A DNA stretch of 64,000 nt from a virus: positions 32,001-96,000 of the IMG/VR virus record IMGVR_UViG_3300031159_000070; one strand, given 5' to 3'. The position numbers were made by a program, and so were the translations under genes. Positions 38,586 through 47,448 of the stretch are shown piece by piece. The notes beneath the pieces are model-generated. The model searched no databases. It saw only the letters and a list, made by a program, of their open reading frames with translations, and had not been told where the DNA came from. Positions within the stretch are counted from its first letter, which is position 1, and every line of letters starts with the position of its first letter.

Positions 38586-38828
38586 TCAGGCGGCCTTCTT
38601 GGCCTTGCCCTTGGCCTCCGCCTTGGCCGGCTTGCCAGCCTTGGCGGGCTTGGCGGTCCCGGCCGGCTTGACCTCACCGCGGCGGCGGGCCCAGAACTTG
38701 AGGGCGGCCTCGCGGGCAATCTCGGAGCGGCTCTTGGCCGGTGCCGCGGCCGACGCGGCGGCTTTCGCCTTCGGGGCAGCCTTCTCGACCTTGGCCTTCG
38801 GGGCGTTCTTCGCGATCTTCGTGGTCAT
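38586..38828 (-). CDS. Lys/Ala-rich histone H1-like small protein
   Basis: AKPAKA repeats; RSEIAREAALKFWARRR; ACGGAGA SD. Confidence 0.75.
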   Translation of the reverse strand: MTTKIAKNAPKAKVEKAAPKAKAAASAAAPAKSRSEIAREAALKFWARRRGEVKPAGTAKPAKAGKPAKAEAKGKAKKAA

Positions 38829-38868
38829 GGTTCTCTCCGTTCGTTTCGAGTTTCGGTTCAGGTTTCGA

Positions 38869-39024
38869 TCAGGCAGTCAGGGCTTCGTAGGTCGCTTGCA
38901 GGGCTTGGGCCTTTGCGAGGTAGACCGACTTGGCCTTGAAGTTGCGAGCCTTCTTCGCCTTGCGCTGATTGATGGTGATGTGAGCGCGGATGGCGGCGAG
39001 CTGGGCGATCTGTGAGCGGGTCAT
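38869..39024 (-). CDS. Small basic early protein
   Basis: MTRSQIAQLAAIRAHIT; ACGGAGAG SD; an upstream start at 39138 is possible. Confidence 0.6.
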   Translation of the reverse strand: MTRSQIAQLAAIRAHITINQRKAKKARNFKAKSVYLAKAQALQATYEALTA

Positions 39025-39165
39025 TTTCTCTCTCCGTGGCTTTGGGTTGCTGACTTCGATTTCGATCTTTGCTGGCCGCTTCATCCGCGTCATGATTAGG
39101 GTGGCTAGATCATCCAGCCAGGTCCTTTCTGTAATCATGTCCGCGTCCTCTGCGATCTCGTGTTC

Positions 39166-39240
39166 CGTTCTTGATGGTTCCTTTATATAGCCCAGCTATA
39201 CAGAATGCAACAAAAATCGTCAGCCTAGACCGCATTTTTT
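39166..39240. repeat. 75-bp direct repeat, copy 2 (promoter cassette)
   Basis: Matches 37751-37825. Confidence 0.9.
39182..39210 (-). promoter_or_regulatory. Strong sigma70 early promoter with operator
   Basis: TTGCAT-N17-TATAAA; ATATAG-N5-CTATAC at 39185-39201. Confidence 0.8.
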
Positions 39241-39337
39241 TTTGCGTCTAAGTGCACATTTTCTCTTGACAGGGGAGCCATTCTGGCGGGTGAAAAAATC
39301 CGCCGTTTCCGTGCCGAAAAAACCGCAAAGGTGAATA

Positions 39338-39967
39338 ATGGCAAAGCCGCCGAGAAAACCGAAAGCGCCAAAGGCGCCGCCTGAGCTGTCCCGCGATAAA
39401 TTCGAGACCGTTTTCATCGCACCCGATCAGCTCGTGGCCAATCCGCGCAATCCGCGCGTGCATCCTGCAAGCCAGATTTCCATGCTGGCCGAAAGCCTGC
39501 GCCGCTTCGGGCAGACCTATCCCGTGATCGCACGGCGGGCGAATAAGATGATCGTCGCCGGCCACGGAGTCCGTGAGGCAGCGCTCGAGGCGGGGCTTGA
39601 CCGCATCGAGGTCCGCCTGTGGGATGTCGACCAGAAGACCGCCGACGGCTACATGCTCGCCGACAACCGGCTCGGCGATCTGTCGAATGATGATGAGGCG
39701 GCTGTTAAGGCGCTGCTCGCCGAGTTCGAAGACGACTGGCTGCCGGCGCTTGGCTTCGATCTCGACGATAAGCCCGATGAAGACGACGCCGATCTCGGTG
39801 CCGATCTGGAGATCCGCGAGATCGATACCTCACCCGTCGCCGACATGTTCTATGTGACCGTCCGCGGTCCGCTCGAATTGCAGTCGAAGGCGCTCGACGT
39901 CTTCAAGGCGCTCGAGCGGGAGCATCCGGCGCTTGAAGTGCTGCTGGGCACGTCGGCCGATGGCTAA
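39338..39967 (+). CDS. ParB/Srx-like N-terminal domain protein
   Basis: NPRNPRVH...SLRRFG..YPVI...IVAGHG...LADNRL. Confidence 0.85.
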   Translation: MAKPPRKPKAPKAPPELSRDKFETVFIAPDQLVANPRNPRVHPASQISMLAESLRRFGQTYPVIARRANKMIVAGHGVREAALEAGLDRIEVRLWDVDQKTADGYMLADNRLGDLSNDDEAAVKALLAEFEDDWLPALGFDLDDKPDEDDADLGADLEIREIDTSPVADMFYVTVRGPLELQSKALDVFKALEREHPALEVLLGTSADG

Positions 39968-40574
39968 GCGCTTTGCCGCCGGCCTCGCCGCGGCCGGCAA
40001 GACCAACAACTCCGAGTCCGCGCATCGCCTGAAGATCGAGCTGCGCAACTTGGCTCTGGAGGCGATCGGACCGGACAATGCCGTGGTGCTCGACGCTTAT
40101 GCAGGTTCAGGCGAGATGCACAAGGGCGTCTGGCATCGTGCAAGCCGGTACGTCGGTTGCGACACGGAGTTTTATAGAGACGAGCGCGAGATGTTCGTGT
40201 GCGACAATCGCCGGCTGTTTCGCTGCCTCGATCTCAGGGCCTTTAACGTCTTCGACCTCGACGCCTATGGCTCACCATGGGAGCTGGCGCTGATTTTGGC
40301 CGATCGGCGCAAGATCGCCGAGGGCGAGCGCATCGCGCTCATCATCACCGACGGCTCGGCGATCGCCGGCCGGCTCAATGCGACATCGAACGCGTTCCTC
40401 CTGCTTACCGGCACGAAGATGCTGGCCGGCATGACCCGGGATTACGAGCGGCTGCACACCAAGGCCATCCACGCGGTCGCACGGCGCATGGGGGCGACGC
40501 TGGAAAAGCACTGGCTGCTCAGGGGGCGCGGGGCGCGGATGTACTACTCATCCGTCGTTCTCAGAGGAGCATGA
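39960..40574 (+). CDS. SAM-dependent methyltransferase-like protein (TcmP-like)
   Basis: Motif I VVLDAYAGSG; FDLDAYGSPW; 8-nt overlap with the ParB-like gene. Confidence 0.7.
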   Translation: MAKRFAAGLAAAGKTNNSESAHRLKIELRNLALEAIGPDNAVVLDAYAGSGEMHKGVWHRASRYVGCDTEFYRDEREMFVCDNRRLFRCLDLRAFNVFDLDAYGSPWELALILADRRKIAEGERIALIITDGSAIAGRLNATSNAFLLLTGTKMLAGMTRDYERLHTKAIHAVARRMGATLEKHWLLRGRGARMYYSSVVLRGA

Positions 40575-40941
40575 GCTGGCATCTCGCGCTTCGTGTTTGG
40601 CGAGATACTCCTCCTTTTCCAGAAAGTCCAGTTCGACAACGTGTCGTGGAGACAATGACGGTTTCCCAGCGAGAATTGCCTCTGCGTCAAGAATCGTATC
40701 CCACAAAGGATGCAATGTTCCATAGCGGGCTGCGACGCGGCGTGCTCGCTTGATGTATGATCTGAGTTCGTCGTCAGTCATGATCCAGGTCCGAGCAGCA
40801 GGAGCCGGTATGCGATCAATAGAGCGATCCCAGCAATGATCGCACCGATCGCAATCCAGTACGTGAGCCTCGGCTTGCGATCCGAATAGCCGAAGGCATA
40901 TCGAGAAAAATCTGACTTCGGCCCCTCGCGTCGAGACATGA

Positions 40942-41235
40942 TTACTCTCCTGGGATCGGTTCAAAGAACTCGTCGAGTTCTGCACCGAGGACCTCGGCGT
41001 AGAGCTTGAGCTGTCCGGCGAAGACGCGCGAGCGCCCGTTCTCGTGCTGCTGCACGAGCGGCTTCGTGAAGCCGGTCAGTTCGGCCAGCGTGTCGAGCGA
41101 CACGCCGGCCCTCTGCCGCAGGCGACGCAGATTGTAGGCAACGAGCTGATTGTTCAGAGCAGCCGCCCCGAGGCCGCCGGCTCCAGATTGCCCTCGATCT
41201 TCGCTTTTCCGAGTTCGTGCTTCAGTGCGTGCCAT
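40942..41235 (-). CDS. XRE-family HTH regulator
   Basis: NLRRLRQRAGVSLDTLAELTGFTKPLVQQHENGRSRV; start uncertain. Confidence 0.8.
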   Translation of the reverse strand: MARTEARTRKSEDRGQSGAGGLGAAALNNQLVAYNLRRLRQRAGVSLDTLAELTGFTKPLVQQHENGRSRVFAGQLKLYAEVLGAELDEFFEPIPGE

Positions 41236-42074
41236 GCTGTCGGGAGCTCATGATAAACGTGGCCGTCGAGCGTTGCGCCGCCCTTCTCATCGGGTTCCTT
41301 CTCGAGCCCGCGCGCAATCGCGAGCTGGAAGGCCTTCTGTATCGTGATCCGCTCCTCCTTGGCAATTCTGACGGCGTAGGGGTTGTTCTTCGGGTGCCCG
41401 TACTGCTTGAACCAGATCGCAGCGTTGGCAGCGCGCGACTTGTCGATCGATGACTTAAGCCAGTCGAGCGCCATCGGCCGGCATTTCGGACCCGACTCGC
41501 CACCGATCAAGATCCAGTCGCACCCTGAGAAGTCGACCTTGTCGATTGGCCCGATCAATGGCTCGACGGACAGGAAAGCGCAGGAGACGTTGTGGCGGGC
41601 CTTGATATCGCGCAGCACGTCCGTGCGCTTGGCCACGTCATTGTTCTCGATCGACGTGCCGAACCAGAGGTGGAATGGCGCACGGTTATGCCCATATCGG
41701 CGGCGCAGGTAGCGACCGGCAACGCCTGGGCGTTTGGTGAGTAGCTGGAAGATGGTGATGGGATTGTCTTCCATTGCATCGAAGACCTGATCTCGAAATG
41801 TGTCTGGGATCTGCTCGTGAAAAATGTCCGACATTGAGTTCAGGAAGACCATCCTTGGCACGACTTCTCCCACAGCGTTTCGCAGGGGTTTCATCGCGCG
41901 AATGTCCTCCAGCCTCTTGGGGTAATAGCGAATTTCCTCGAACGGGTTTTTTCCCAACCGGTCGTTGATGGCTTCGGCATAGCAGAAGTCACATCCTGCG
42001 CTGACCTTCGTGCAACCCCAGGTGGGATTGATTGTCGTGTTGGTCCAAGAGATTCCGGTCTTCAGGACGGTCAT
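41154..42074 (-). CDS. DUF5131 (phage Gp37/Gp68, three-Cys motif) protein
   Basis: TGISWT..TINPTWGCTKVSAGCDFCYAE; NSMSDIFHE; LLTKRP; SVEPLIG; WILIGGESG. Confidence 0.92.
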   Translation of the reverse strand: MTVLKTGISWTNTTINPTWGCTKVSAGCDFCYAEAINDRLGKNPFEEIRYYPKRLEDIRAMKPLRNAVGEVVPRMVFLNSMSDIFHEQIPDTFRDQVFDAMEDNPITIFQLLTKRPGVAGRYLRRRYGHNRAPFHLWFGTSIENNDVAKRTDVLRDIKARHNVSCAFLSVEPLIGPIDKVDFSGCDWILIGGESGPKCRPMALDWLKSSIDKSRAANAAIWFKQYGHPKNNPYAVRIAKEERITIQKAFQLAIARGLEKEPDEKGGATLDGHVYHELPTAWHALKHELGKAKIEGNLEPAASGRLL

Positions 42075-42666
42075 TCGACTTCCTCTCGATTGTTCGCTTG
42101 ATGACGGATATGGGAACGTTGCTGTTCTTCACCGGTCTTCTGTTGATATGGAAAAGAGTCTCATCTGCTGGTGCGGTGTGAAGTACATGCAGGGGGAGAC
42201 CTAAAGCTTTTGCGTATCGAATTTTTCGGCTGAGATCGCGACGTCGTGCTCCGGTCACTTCGACTGCAACGCGTTTTCCTTCGTAGGTTGCGGCAATGTC
42301 GAATGGAGATCCATGTGAGAGTTCCGATAGGTGCACGATTTCTGTGTATCCGAGTTTCGGAAGGATTCTCGCTATAGCTCGTCTTTCAAGCCTGCGACCT
42401 GTGCCGACAGTATCGCCGCGCGACCCTGATGGCCTCTTGGCGAAGCCGTACCATGCTGTGTTGAAGGCTGAATGCCAGTCCTTCTGAGTGCGTCGCCGTT
42501 CCGCCGCTTTTTGACGCCGGGCGATATGATAGCAACTCTGCGAGCAGTATCTGTTCCTGTGATCTCTGTCGTATTTTTGGCCGCGGTACGGTGTAGGGCC
42601 GCCGCAGACACCGCATGGTCTGTCACTGATCCCATAGCTTATCACCGCTTGCGCTCCTCGCGGCAT
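41989..42666 (-). CDS. Zn-finger plus PD-(D/E)XK-like nuclease, possible homing endonuclease
   Basis: CGVCG...YCSQSCY; PFDI.A...AVEV; more AT-rich than flanks. Confidence 0.55.
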   Translation of the reverse strand: MPRGAQAVISYGISDRPCGVCGGPTPYRGQKYDRDHRNRYCSQSCYHIARRQKAAERRRTQKDWHSAFNTAWYGFAKRPSGSRGDTVGTGRRLERRAIARILPKLGYTEIVHLSELSHGSPFDIAATYEGKRVAVEVTGARRRDLSRKIRYAKALGLPLHVLHTAPADETLFHINRRPVKNSNVPISVIKRTIERKSNDRPEDRNLLDQHDNQSHLGLHEGQRRM

Positions 42667-42683
42667 TGTTGAGGCTTTCGAGC

Positions 42684-42968
42684 TTAGGATAGCTCTTTCT
42701 CAAGCTGGTCGAGGAGCTCTCTGGCTTGGCGCAGGCTTCTATCGATCAGCGGCTTGTTGAAGCGCGAAGCGAGGTCGTTCAAGGCGTCTGCGATGGCTTC
42801 CTTCTCTTCGGGCGTATGTCCATTCCAAGTGCAATCAACTGTTGGCGGGCGCTCACCCTGACAAAGATTGCCATGTTTCACCGACCACCTTCTGGCGAGC
42901 GCCCTGTCGATGTTGCTCAGTGTCCCCATGAGAGCGTGCAGCGTCTCGTTCTTTGACTCCGTGAACAT
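42684..42968 (-). CDS. Hypothetical protein
   Basis: GAGG SD; follows promoter at 43005-43033. Confidence 0.6.
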   Translation of the reverse strand: MFTESKNETLHALMGTLSNIDRALARRWSVKHGNLCQGERPPTVDCTWNGHTPEEKEAIADALNDLASRFNKPLIDRSLRQARELLDQLEKELS

Positions 42969-43004
42969 GAGTTCGCGTTCCTCGTGTGATTGCGGAAGCT
43001 CGTG

Positions 43005-43033
43005 AGTATAATAGCACTATACTATTCCATCAA
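43005..43033 (-). promoter_or_regulatory. Sigma70 promoter overlapped by palindromic operator
   Basis: TTGATG-N17-TATACT; GTATAA-N5-CTATAC at 43006-43022. Confidence 0.7.
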
Positions 43034-43141
43034 GTCGCGGTGCGAGCGCGATGCTCGGTGCCGTGCAGTCTCAGGGGCGATCCCTGGAACTCAGTTCAAC
43101 CCGCGTCGCAGCGCGATGCTGCGGTCAAGGAGAAACCCACC

Positions 43142-43615
43142 ATGTCTGCAATGAACGGCGGGAGCGATTCCCGGCGGGAAGGCAACTACACTGGTAAGCC
43201 TCCGCGTTTTACGGTCGAACAGGTCATCGAGGCATTGCGTGCCGCGGCCGGTGTCCAGCACATCGCCGCGCAAAAGCTCGGGTGTGCGCGCTCCACCATC
43301 ACCTATTACAAGCGCAAGCACCCCGAGATAGAAGAGGCGCTCGAGGAGATCAAGGAAAGCCTCATCGACCTTTCCGAGGGTGTCGTCTGGCACCACGTCC
43401 GCAAGAAGAATCTGCGTGCAGCACAGTTCGTGCTCGAAACGATCGGCAAGCAGCGCGGCTGGGTCAAGCGCGGCGAGATCGCCGGCGTCAACGGCGAGCC
43501 GATCGAAGTGCGTCTCGGGCTCGACCTTTCGAACCTGTCGCCCGAAGAGCTGATTACCCTCGATCAGCTGCTGGCACGAGCTCAGGGCAAGCCCACAGAA
43601 GCCGTTCCGAACTGA
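43142..43615 (+). CDS. terS: Terminase small subunit (HTH)
   Basis: HTH AAQKLGCARSTI; AQFVLETIGKQRGW; DLSNLSPEEL tail; directly upstream of TerL; AAGGAG SD. Confidence 0.8.
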   Translation: MSAMNGGSDSRREGNYTGKPPRFTVEQVIEALRAAAGVQHIAAQKLGCARSTITYYKRKHPEIEEALEEIKESLIDLSEGVVWHHVRKKNLRAAQFVLETIGKQRGWVKRGEIAGVNGEPIEVRLGLDLSNLSPEELITLDQLLARAQGKPTEAVPN

Positions 43616-43616
43616 C

Positions 43617-45170
43617 GTGCTCTCTGCCGCGCAGTGGCGGCAGCTCAACGAACGTCCGCGCGACGTCGTTGATCTTCGGGCCGCGATAGATCGGACGCTC
43701 TGCGAGAAGTCGTTCTCGCATTTCGTGCGTCAGGCCTGGCCGTACATCGATCCGGCGCACTACCTGCACAACTGGCACATCGATGCGATCGCCGAGCATC
43801 TTGAAGCGGTGATGCGCGGCGAGATCCGGCGGCTGCTCATCAACATCCCGCCGCGGTCGATGAAGAGCCTCATGTGCTCCGTCGCGTTCCCGGCCTACGT
43901 GTGGGCGCAGGAGCCGATCAAGGGGCCGGACGGCGTTCAGCTGCCGACGTGCGGGCCCCACTGCCAGTTCTTCTATGCGTCCTATGCCGCAGAGCTGTCG
44001 ACTGAGCACTCGGTCAAGACGCGCGATCTCATACTGTCGCCCTGGTATCAGAGCCGCTGGGGCACTCGCTTCAAGCTCAAGGGCGACGCCAACCTAAAGA
44101 CCAAGTTCGACAACGACAAAGGCGGCAAGCGTCTCGCCGCCTCGGTCGGCGGCATATCGACCGGTTTCGGCGGCGACATCATCGTCGTCGACGACCCGCA
44201 CAACACCAAGACCTCGGAAAGCGACGTCGTCCGCGATGAGACGGTGCGCTGGTATTTCGAGGTTCTGCAAACCCGTCTCAACGATCCGAAGCGTGGCGCG
44301 TTCATCGTCGTCATGCAGCGCGTTCACGAACGTGACGTCGCTGGCGAGATCATCGCGCGAGAGGCAGGCTACGTTCATCTGTGCCTACCGGCGCGGTTCG
44401 AATCCGATCATCCGTTCGTGTGGGTCCGCGATCCGCGCGCCGTCGAGAACGGCGGGGAAGGGGACGGCCAGCTGCTCTGGCCAGAGCGCTTCGGCGAGAA
44501 GGAGCTCGAAGAGCTCGCCATCATGGGAGAGTACGGCGTCGCCGGCCAGCTGCAGCAACGTCCGGCTCCGCGCACCGGCGGCTTCTTCGAGACCGACAAG
44601 ATCGAGGTCATCGATCACCTGCCGGTCGACGCAGACGGCAAGCCGATCAAGATCGTCAAACGCGTAAGGGCCTGGGACCTCGCTGCCACCAAGGATATCG
44701 GCTCGCTTGACCCGAGCTGGACCGTCGGCGTCCTGATGGCCAAGGGCGAGAACGGTGTCTTCTACGTCGAGGACGTGCAGCGGTTCAGAGAGAACCCGCA
44801 CGAGGTCGAGGTGCGCATTCGTCGGACTGCGCAGATCGACGGCCGTGATGTCGAGATTTCGATTCCGAAAGATCCGGGTGCGGCCGGCAAGACGGTTGCT
44901 GAGCATCTCATCAGGATGCTCGCCGGCTTTATCGTCAAGGAAGAGCCGCAGTCAGCCGACAAGGCCCAGCGGGCCAAGCCGTTCGCTGCGCAGGTCGGCG
45001 GACGAAACGTGAAGCTCATCCGAGCCAGTTGGAACCGGGCGTACCTGGACGAGCTGCAGACGTTTCCTATGGGTCGGCATAATGACCAGGTCGACGCATC
45101 GGCGTCGGCTTTCAACCGGCTCGCTGATCCCGGCAAGATCGGCTTCATCATCGGTGGTGGTCGCAGATAG
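43617..45170 (+). CDS. terL: Terminase large subunit
   Basis: LLINIPPRSMKS, IIVVDDPH, VMQRVHERD, AWDLAAT, FPMGRHNDQVDA. Confidence 0.95.
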   Translation: MLSAAQWRQLNERPRDVVDLRAAIDRTLCEKSFSHFVRQAWPYIDPAHYLHNWHIDAIAEHLEAVMRGEIRRLLINIPPRSMKSLMCSVAFPAYVWAQEPIKGPDGVQLPTCGPHCQFFYASYAAELSTEHSVKTRDLILSPWYQSRWGTRFKLKGDANLKTKFDNDKGGKRLAASVGGISTGFGGDIIVVDDPHNTKTSESDVVRDETVRWYFEVLQTRLNDPKRGAFIVVMQRVHERDVAGEIIAREAGYVHLCLPARFESDHPFVWVRDPRAVENGGEGDGQLLWPERFGEKELEELAIMGEYGVAGQLQQRPAPRTGGFFETDKIEVIDHLPVDADGKPIKIVKRVRAWDLAATKDIGSLDPSWTVGVLMAKGENGVFYVEDVQRFRENPHEVEVRIRRTAQIDGRDVEISIPKDPGAAGKTVAEHLIRMLAGFIVKEEPQSADKAQRAKPFAAQVGGRNVKLIRASWNRAYLDELQTFPMGRHNDQVDASASAFNRLADPGKIGFIIGGGRR

Positions 45171-45211
45171 CGAAAAACAAGCCGCGAGCTGAGAACTCGT
45201 GAGCAAGTGTC

Positions 45212-45781
45212 ATGAGCAAGGATTGCACGTCGGTCTTCGAGGCCGATTATGTTGCGCGGCAGCTTTGCACGAAAGCGCCGCTGGTCGAAGGCTGGCAATG
45301 GACTCGTCATCGCCGGCCGCCGCTGCCGTTCTACGAGAACCACGATCTGCTGCCCGCGGCGCATGGGTACTGCCGCATCTGCGCCGGACCTGTTTACGCC
45401 GACGGCGCGCATTTCGGCTCGCACCTGAGCAAGCGGACCTGGCACAACATCTGCCTCAAGGCTTTCACGTTCTGGACGCAGCCCGACGCCAACGTGCTGG
45501 GTCCACGCCAGCAATGGGCGTGTGCGTCCTGTGGCAGAGATCTTTCGCGGGAGCGTTCGTCTGGCCCCTGTTTCGCTGACGTCGCCCAGGTCGACCATAT
45601 CGTGCCGCTGTACCGCGTCTGGCGAGACCTCAGAGGCCTCCATTGGACGGAGCTGCTTCACTACTGGTCGCCCGACAACTGTCAGGTGCTCTGCGTTGCC
45701 TGCCACAAACTCAAGTGTTCCGCTGAAGCCGGCGAGCGCGCCGCCTTCCGCGCCGATGGTCCGCAACTCGTCCTGATCTGA
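45212..45781 (+). CDS. HNH endonuclease
   Basis: CRIC and CASC; VDHIVPL...NCQVLCVACHKLK. Confidence 0.85.
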   Translation: MSKDCTSVFEADYVARQLCTKAPLVEGWQWTRHRRPPLPFYENHDLLPAAHGYCRICAGPVYADGAHFGSHLSKRTWHNICLKAFTFWTQPDANVLGPRQQWACASCGRDLSRERSSGPCFADVAQVDHIVPLYRVWRDLRGLHWTELLHYWSPDNCQVLCVACHKLKCSAEAGERAAFRADGPQLVLI

Positions 45782-45845
45782 GCCCCGCACAATCCGAAAC
45801 CTTAGAGCCTGGAGCGCAAGCCCCGGGCCGCAGGAGCATGCGCAA

Positions 45846-47420
45846 ATGCCAACTCCGCTCCCCCGCATTTCGTCGGACACCAAGACCGGTGGTCAGGGTC
45901 GCATGCGCGATCCGAGCACGCCGTCCTACGCCTACCTGCGAATGGAGGAAGACTGGCACGTCGTTCGCACCGTCTACGAGGGCACTCGGGCGATGCGCGA
46001 AGCGCGCCACCGGTATCTGCCTCAGCACACCCGTGAGACCGATGACGAGTACGAGCGGCGCCTGCAGTGCACCACGCTGCACAACGTGCTTCGCGATGCC
46101 GTCCAGAACACAGCCGCCCGCCCGTTTCGCAAGCGCATCGCCCTCACCGAAACGAGCCCCGAGGTTGCGCAGTTCTGGGCCGAAGATATCGATCTGATCG
46201 GCAACAGTCTGCATATGTTCGCCGTCCGCGCCTTTCGCGAGGCGCTGCTCGACGGCATGGTGCACGTCCTTGTCGATATGTCGATCGTGCCGCCCGGCGC
46301 GACGAAGGCTGATGAGATGGCGCTCCGGACTCGTCCGTTCTGGACGCTTGTTCCCGCACGGGACCTCATTGCCGCCTACAGTCGCTTTGACGAGGCCGGC
46401 AACAAGATCTGCTATCACGCGCGCATCCGCGAAACGGTTACCGAGCTCGAGGACGATTTCTTCGAGGTGGAGGTCGAAAGAGTCCGCGTCTACCGGCTGA
46501 AACCGGAGGAAGATGAGTTTGGCAATCCGATCGAAGGTGGCCGCGAAGTCGCCGTGTGGGAGCTGTGGGAGCGGACTTCTGCCGGCTGGGAAGTCATCGA
46601 CGGAGGACCGCTGCTCAAGGCCGGCGGCGAGCCCTGGGATCGCGTGCCGCTCGAGACCTTCTATTGCGGCAACTTCATCGACGATTATGTCGCCACGCCG
46701 CCGTTTCTCGATCTTGCATGGAAGAACGTCGAGCACTGGCAGTCATCCTCTGACCAGCGCAACATCCTGACCAAGGGACGCTTTCCGATCCTTGCCGCCT
46801 CCGGCATCGAAGATCCATCGAAGCTGCTCAATGACAAGGGCGAGCTGGAGATCGGCCCGCACACAGCGCTCGTCACGCCGCACAAGGAAGCCAAGTGGTA
46901 TTATGTCGAACCACAAGGCAATGCGATCAAAGCGGGCGCTGAAGATCTGAAGCAGCTCGTCGAGGACATGCGCATCATGGGCCTCGACCCGCTGATGCCG
47001 CAGAACGGTGGCATGCAGACGGCCACGGAGCGCTCGATCGATGAATCCAAGGCGCGCGCGCCGCTTGAGCAGTGGGCGTGGGAGTTCGCCGATTTTATTT
47101 CACGTTGCTTCGATCGCATGTTCGAATGGGTCGGCCTGGGTCAATACGTCGGACTGGCCAAGGTCCTGCTCGATATCGACATGGGGCTTGGTGACGAGAA
47201 CAAGCACGACCTGCAGACGCTGCTACAGCTGCGTCAGCTCGGAGACATCTCGCGCCACACGCTCTACGAGGAGCTGAAACGGCGCGGCCTGCTCGGGCCG
47301 TACTTCGATCCGTTGAGAGAAGAGCAGTTCATCGAGCAGGAGCTGATGATGATCGCCCGCACCAATCCCAATTTCGATGACGACAGCGACGGTGCAGGCG
47401 ATGAGTCGTTTCTCAATTAA
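45846..47420 (+). CDS. Portal protein (DUF4055 type)
   Basis: GTRAMRE...YLPQ...E...YERRL; PPFLDLAWKNVEHWQSSSD; TATE; position after TerL. Confidence 0.9.
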   Translation: MPTPLPRISSDTKTGGQGRMRDPSTPSYAYLRMEEDWHVVRTVYEGTRAMREARHRYLPQHTRETDDEYERRLQCTTLHNVLRDAVQNTAARPFRKRIALTETSPEVAQFWAEDIDLIGNSLHMFAVRAFREALLDGMVHVLVDMSIVPPGATKADEMALRTRPFWTLVPARDLIAAYSRFDEAGNKICYHARIRETVTELEDDFFEVEVERVRVYRLKPEEDEFGNPIEGGREVAVWELWERTSAGWEVIDGGPLLKAGGEPWDRVPLETFYCGNFIDDYVATPPFLDLAWKNVEHWQSSSDQRNILTKGRFPILAASGIEDPSKLLNDKGELEIGPHTALVTPHKEAKWYYVEPQGNAIKAGAEDLKQLVEDMRIMGLDPLMPQNGGMQTATERSIDESKARAPLEQWAWEFADFISRCFDRMFEWVGLGQYVGLAKVLLDIDMGLGDENKHDLQTLLQLRQLGDISRHTLYEELKRRGLLGPYFDPLREEQFIEQELMMIARTNPNFDDDSDGAGDESFLN

Positions 47421-47448
47421 CTCCGCATGAAAAAATGGACTGACCGCA

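Noticed and set aside
37751-39240. 75-bp repeats as a CRISPR array or att sites
   Set aside because: Only two copies 1.4 kb apart, fully explained as promoters; no cas or integrase gene seen
39267-39295. TTGACA upstream of the ParB-like gene as a sigma70 promoter
   Set aside because: No acceptable -10 at 16-18 bp spacing
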